A stretch of DNA of 64,000 nucleotides from Thermoanaerobaculia bacterium (lineage in GTDB: Bacteria > Acidobacteriota > Thermoanaerobaculia > UBA5066). Position numbers and translations under genes: made by a program. This document shows, in pieces, positions 60,533 to 64,000 of the stretch (its first letter is position 1; every line of letters begins with the position of its first letter). The stretch covers positions 2,070,472 through 2,134,471 of the forward strand of contig JAXLQV010000001.1 of the NCBI GenBank assembly GCA_046331465.1, in the 5' to 3' direction. The notes beneath the pieces were generated by a model. The model did not search any database, was not told the origin of the DNA, and saw only the letters and a list, made by a program, of their open reading frames with translations.

Positions 60533-61479
60533 CCGACCCTCCGCCGGACTTCCTCCTGGACGTCGAGCGCGAGCTTCAGCGCGGCGCGGCCCGCCTCCCC
60601 CGTCACCGCGGGCTCCGTCCGCGTCCGACACGCCTCGAGGAAGGCGCCGTCCTCCGCCGTCAGCGGGTCGGCCGGGACGACGTCCACGGGCCACTCCATG
60701 ATCCGCGGCGGCCCGCTCAGGCGGTCGAGCCGATAGGCCGTCACGTCCCGCTTCTGCGTGTCGATCGAGAAGTACCAGTCGGGCTGGAAGAACCGGAACT
60801 TCCGCGTCTTCTCCGTCGAGACGCGCGAGGCGGTCAGGTTCGCGACGCAGCCCCCCTCGAACTCCAGGCGGATCGAGGCGATGTCGACCTTCTTCGAGAG
60901 GATCGGCACCCCGACGGCGTGGATCGCCGTCACGGGCTTCTTCACGATCTCGAGCGCGATGTCGAGGTCGTGGACGAGGAGGTCGAGGACGACGTCGACG
61001 TCGAGCGCGCGCGGGACGAAGACGCCGAGGCGGTGCGCCTCGATGAACTTCGGCTCCGTGACGAGCGGGAGGACGGCGACGACGGCCGGGTTGAACCGCT
61101 CGATGTGCCCCACCTGGAGGACGCGGCCGTTCGCCCGGGCGACCGCGATGAGCCGGTCGGCCTCGTCGAGCGTCACCGTCATCGGCTTCTCGACCATCAC
61201 GTCGGCGCCGCCGGAGAGGAGCTCCTCCGCCACTTCGGCGTGGGTCGACGTCGGCGTCGCGACGACGACGGCCGTCGCGCCCCGCGCGAGCAGCTCCCTC
61301 ACGGAGCGGCAGCGGACGAGGCCGAGGGAGCCATACTTCCCCTCGATCTCGGCGGCCATCTGGTCGTTCGGCTCCACGAAGCCGACGGGCTCGGAGAGCG
61401 GGAGCTCGGTGAGGATCCGGGCGTGGTGCCGCCCGAGGTAGCCGCAGCCGGCGATGCCGGTCCTGATCTTGTCGGACAT
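60529..61479 (-). CDS. Gfo/Idh/MocA family oxidoreductase
   Basis: Last 316 aa of track ORF 60529..61836, from ATG 61479. Rossmann [13 protein letters not shown], and the VMVEKPM (EKP) motif. Confidence 0.8.
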   Translation of the reverse strand: MSDKIRTGIAGCGYLGRHHARILTELPLSEPVGFVEPNDQMAAEIEGKYGSLGLVRCRSVRELLARGATAVVVATPTSTHAEVAEELLSGGADVMVEKPMTVTLDEADRLIAVARANGRVLQVGHIERFNPAVVAVLPLVTEPKFIEAHRLGVFVPRALDVDVVLDLLVHDLDIALEIVKKPVTAIHAVGVPILSKKVDIASIRLEFEGGCVANLTASRVSTEKTRKFRFFQPDWYFSIDTQKRDVTAYRLDRLSGPPRIMEWPVDVVPADPLTAEDGAFLEACRTRTEPAVTGEAGRAALKLALDVQEEVRRRVG

Positions 61480-61489
61480 CAAACCCGGG

Positions 61490-61495
61490 AGTTTA
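61490..61495 (-). promoter_or_regulatory. -10-like box TAAACT built on the HAD gene stop codon, 10 nt upstream of the oxidoreductase ATG
   Basis: Minus strand reads C-TAA-ACT-CCCGGGTTTG-ATG, where TAA is the stop of the HAD gene (61493). Confidence 0.4.
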
Positions 61496-62140
61496 GCGGA
61501 CCGAGCGGTCCGGAACGAGGTCGAGGAGCTCTCCGAGGCGCTCGATCCGCGCCCCGTCGCCGTGGGAGAGGCCGACGAACCGTACGGGCGACGCGACGGC
61601 CGCCTGCGCGTCGAAGCGCGAATCGCCGACGAAGAGGCACTCCGGCAGCGGTATCCCGACCCTCTCGGCCGCGAGCCGGACGACCGCCGGGTCGGGCTTC
61701 CCCGCTCCCGCCTCGTCGGCGGAAGCCGTCGCGTCGAGGAGCGGCAGGAGGCCGTGGAGGTCGAGGATCCTCCTCGCGAGCGGGGCCGTCGTGTTCGTCG
61801 CCACGGCCGTCCGGATCCCGCGGCGCCGCAGCTCACGGAGCACGACGATCGCCTCGACGTTCGGCCGGATCCCGCCGAGATGCTGCTCGAAGAGGCGCGC
61901 GTAGGCCGCCTCGATCTCCGCGACGGTCCGCTCGGGCATGTAGAGGTCCCGGTCGGCCGCCGCGCCGTTCCCGTAGATCGCGTCGAACGCCTCGCGCGAG
62001 ACGGGCGCGTGGCCGAAGAGGACGAGCGTCTCGTTGTAGACCGCGAACCAGGCGTCCTGCGAGAAGACGAGGACGCCGTCCATGTCGAAGAGGACCGCGC
62101 GGACGGGAGAGACCAAGGGCACCTCCGGGCCGCGGATCAT
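61493..62140 (-). CDS. HAD superfamily hydrolase (phosphatase, subfamily IA-like)
   Basis: 215 aa. Motif [10 protein letters not shown], motif II VATNT, motif III/IV GKPDP ... FVGDSRFD. Confidence 0.8.
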   Translation of the reverse strand: MIRGPEVPLVSPVRAVLFDMDGVLVFSQDAWFAVYNETLVLFGHAPVSREAFDAIYGNGAAADRDLYMPERTVAEIEAAYARLFEQHLGGIRPNVEAIVVLRELRRRGIRTAVATNTTAPLARRILDLHGLLPLLDATASADEAGAGKPDPAVVRLAAERVGIPLPECLFVGDSRFDAQAAVASPVRFVGLSHGDGARIERLGELLDLVPDRSVR

Positions 62141-62174
62141 CGCAGAGGGCCACGGGCCGCTCCCGGCGCGCGTC

Positions 62175-62203
62175 TTGCATCGAGGGGATGCGGCCGGTAA
62201 CCT
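62175..62203 (+). promoter_or_regulatory. candidate promoter for ileS (TTGCAT-17-TAACCT)
   Basis: Plus-strand read. The -10 ends 11 nt before ATG 62215, with GGAG in between. Confidence 0.35.
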
Positions 62204-62214
62204 CCGGAGCCTCT

Positions 62215-64000
62215 ATGGAAGCCCGCGACTACAAGGACACGCTCCACCTCCCGAAGACCTCCTTCCCGATGAAGGCGGACCTCCCGAAGCGGGAGCCGGA
62301 GCGGCTGCGCCGGTGGCTCGACTCCGGCCTCTACGAGACCGTCCTCGAGGCCCGCAGGAAGGCGGGAGCCCCCCGCTACATCCTCCACGACGGCCCCCCC
62401 TACGCGAACGGGCACATCCACATCGGGACGGCGCTCAACAAGATCCTGAAGGACATCGTCGTCCGCTCGAAGAGCCACGCCGGCTTCGAGGCCCCGTACG
62501 TTCCGGGCTGGGACTGCCACGGGCTCCCGATCGAGCTGAAGGTCGACAAGGAGCTCGGCTCGAAGAAGCGCGAGATGTCGCCCGTCACCTTCCGGCAGGC
62601 CTGCCGCGAGTACGCCCAGAAGTGGGTCGTCGCGCAGCGGGAGGACTTCCAGCGCCTCGGCATCCTCGGCACCTGGGACGCCCCCTATCGGACGATGGAC
62701 TACGGCTACCAGGCGACGATCGCCCGGTCGTTCGGCGAGTTCCTCGCGAAGGGGCTCGTCACGTTCGGCTTCAAGGCCGTCCTCTGGTGCGTCAACTGCA
62801 AGACCGCCCTCGCCGAGGCCGAGGTGGAGTACGAGGACCGCACGGACGCCTCGATCCACGTCGCCTTCCCGATGCCGGTCACCGACGCGCTCCGCGCCCT
62901 CTGGGGCGAGGCGCTCGCGGCGGGCTCGGAGCTCTTCGCCGTCATCTGGACGACGACCCCCTGGACGCTCCCGGCGAACCGCGCCGTCTGCCTCGGCCCC
63001 GAGATCCCGTACGTCCTCGCGCGGCGCGCCTCCGAGCCGTCGAAGCTCTACCTCCTCGCCGAGCCCCTCGTCCCGGCGACCGCGAAGGCCCTCGGCTGGG
63101 CCGACCTCTCCGCCGTCCCCGGCACGACCCGCAAGGGGGCCGAGGTCGAGATGGCGCGCCCGGGCTACCGGCGCCCCTTCGACGTCGACGGCGTCTCGTT
63201 CGGATTCCTCCTCGGCGAGCACGTCTCCACCGACGACGGCACCGGCCTCGTCCACACCGCCCCCGGCCACGGCCGCGAGGACCACGAGGTCGTCAAGCGG
63301 AGCGGCCACCCTGTCGACGACCCGGCGCTCTGCCCCGTCGACCCCGCAGGCTTCTACGACGAGAACGTCCCCGAGCCGCTCCGCGGCAAGCGCGTCGTCG
63401 CGGCGAAGTCGCCCGAACTCGACGCGAACCGGGCCGTCCTCGCCCTCCTCGAGGCGGGCGACCCGTCGGGCGCGCGCCTCCTCGGGAAGACCGACGTCGT
63501 CCACAGCTACCCGCACTGCTGGCGCTGCAAGAGCCCGGTCGTCTTCCGGGCGACGCACCAGTGGTTCATCGACCTCGGCGCCCTGCGCGACCGCGCGCTC
63601 ACGGAGATCCGCGAGAAGGTCGAGTGGGTCCCGGCGTTCGGCGTGAACCGGATCGGCGCGATGGTCGAGAACCGGCTCGAGTGGACGATTTCGCGCCAGA
63701 GGCTGTGGGGCTCTCCGATCACGATCCTCCGTCCCGCCGAGCCGCGCCCCGACTTCGAGTACTACCCCTCCGCCGACGACCCGGCCGAGCTGAAGCTCTT
63801 CTTCGACCACCTCGTCGCGATCTTCGAGAAGCACGGCGCCGACGCCTGGTGGGACGACGAGAGCTTCCCTGCCGACGCCTTCGTCCCTCCCGCCTCGAAG
63901 TGGAAGGGCGTCGCGTTCGAGAAGGTGAAGGACATCCTCGACGTCTGGTTCGACTCGGGCGTCTCGCACGCCGCCGTCCTCGGGACGTCGGGCTACGGCA
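62215..64000 (+). CDS. ileS: isoleucine--tRNA ligase (first ~595 codons; continues beyond the window end)
   Basis: Own translation gives [34 protein letters not shown]...[23 protein letters not shown] (HIGH)...[10 protein letters not shown]. It is not in the track because no stop lies within the window. The 610-aa minus ORF 62137..63969 is its antisense shadow. Confidence 0.95.
   Translation, partial: MEARDYKDTLHLPKTSFPMKADLPKREPERLRRWLDSGLYETVLEARRKAGAPRYILHDGPPYANGHIHIGTALNKILKDIVVRSKSHAGFEAPYVPGWDCHGLPIELKVDKELGSKKREMSPVTFRQACREYAQKWVVAQREDFQRLGILGTWDAPYRTMDYGYQATIARSFGEFLAKGLVTFGFKAVLWCVNCKTALAEAEVEYEDRTDASIHVAFPMPVTDALRALWGEALAAGSELFAVIWTTTPWTLPANRAVCLGPEIPYVLARRASEPSKLYLLAEPLVPATAKALGWADLSAVPGTTRKGAEVEMARPGYRRPFDVDGVSFGFLLGEHVSTDDGTGLVHTAPGHGREDHEVVKRSGHPVDDPALCPVDPAGFYDENVPEPLRGKRVVAAKSPELDANRAVLALLEAGDPSGARLLGKTDVVHSYPHCWRCKSPVVFRATHQWFIDLGALRDRALTEIREKVEWVPAFGVNRIGAMVENRLEWTISRQRLWGSPITILRPAEPRPDFEYYPSADDPAELKLFFDHLVAIFEKHGADAWWDDESFPADAFVPPASKWKGVAFEKVKDILDVWFDSGVSHAAVLGTSGYG

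Noticed and set aside
62137-63969. 610-aa minus-strand ORF covering the right end of the window
   Set aside because: It is the antisense shadow of ileS. The plus-strand translation from 62215 gives a textbook IleRS N-terminus, HIGH motif and CP1 region.
1-64000. tRNA, rRNA, tmRNA, SRP/6S RNA genes, prophage, integrase/transposase, restriction-modification or other defence systems
   Set aside because: Intergenic space is minimal, and the only structured non-coding stretch of sufficient length is rnpB. No CDS shows integrase, transposase, methyltransferase/endonuclease or Cas-like motifs. A covariance-model scan (Infernal/tRNAscan) would be needed for formal exclusion.

Overview
This is a very GC-rich chromosomal segment (roughly 70% or more by eye, not computed). 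It comes from a diderm bacterium, since LpxB, MsbA, LptE and Tol-Pal are all present. The phylum cannot be fixed from the sequence alone. I support 60 protein-coding genes (two cut by the window edges) and one RNase P RNA gene. I found no tRNA, rRNA, CRISPR array, transposase or integrase. Content is mostly core housekeeping: rpoZ-gmk-yicC, msbA-lpxB, ihf-rpsA-cmk, hisC, rluB, scpAB, trpS, recG, uvrC, coaD, tolQRAB-pal-cpoB, rpsT, lptE-leuS, nusB-ribH and ileS. Packing is extremely tight. Every gene from 1 to 41.6 kb except one is on the minus strand, and 26 of 59 gene junctions are 4-nt NTGA start/stop overlaps. Most long ORFs in the six-frame track are Arg/Pro/Gly-rich shadow frames or carry false N-terminal extensions. 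I picked real genes by recognisable motifs and re-derived starts from residue offsets in the track. The items most worth a second look are these. (1) A receptor-less chemosensory operon (transglutaminase-like, CheY, CheA, CheW, a 740-aa HEAT-repeat protein, CheR, CheB) fused between nusB and leuS. (2) An operon coupling an S55/SpoIVB-like peptidase, a 750-aa secreted propeller-like protein and an ATPase-less peptide ABC importer, divergent from tol-pal. (3) A 1527-aa S8 protease with DUF11 repeats and a C-terminal sorting-like tail. (4) A cNMP-binding/FHA fusion protein. (5) A recurrent -10 box placed 6-11 nt upstream of start codons, implying leaderless mRNAs; it is often built on the upstream gene's stop codon, and one palindromic box serves two divergent genes. 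(6) A duplicated copy of the rnpB 3' terminal helix strand about 158 bp downstream of rnpB. No clear defence island or mobile element is present, and none of the hunt items is proven novel. Coordinates of non-CDS features were hand-counted and carry about +/-2 nt uncertainty.
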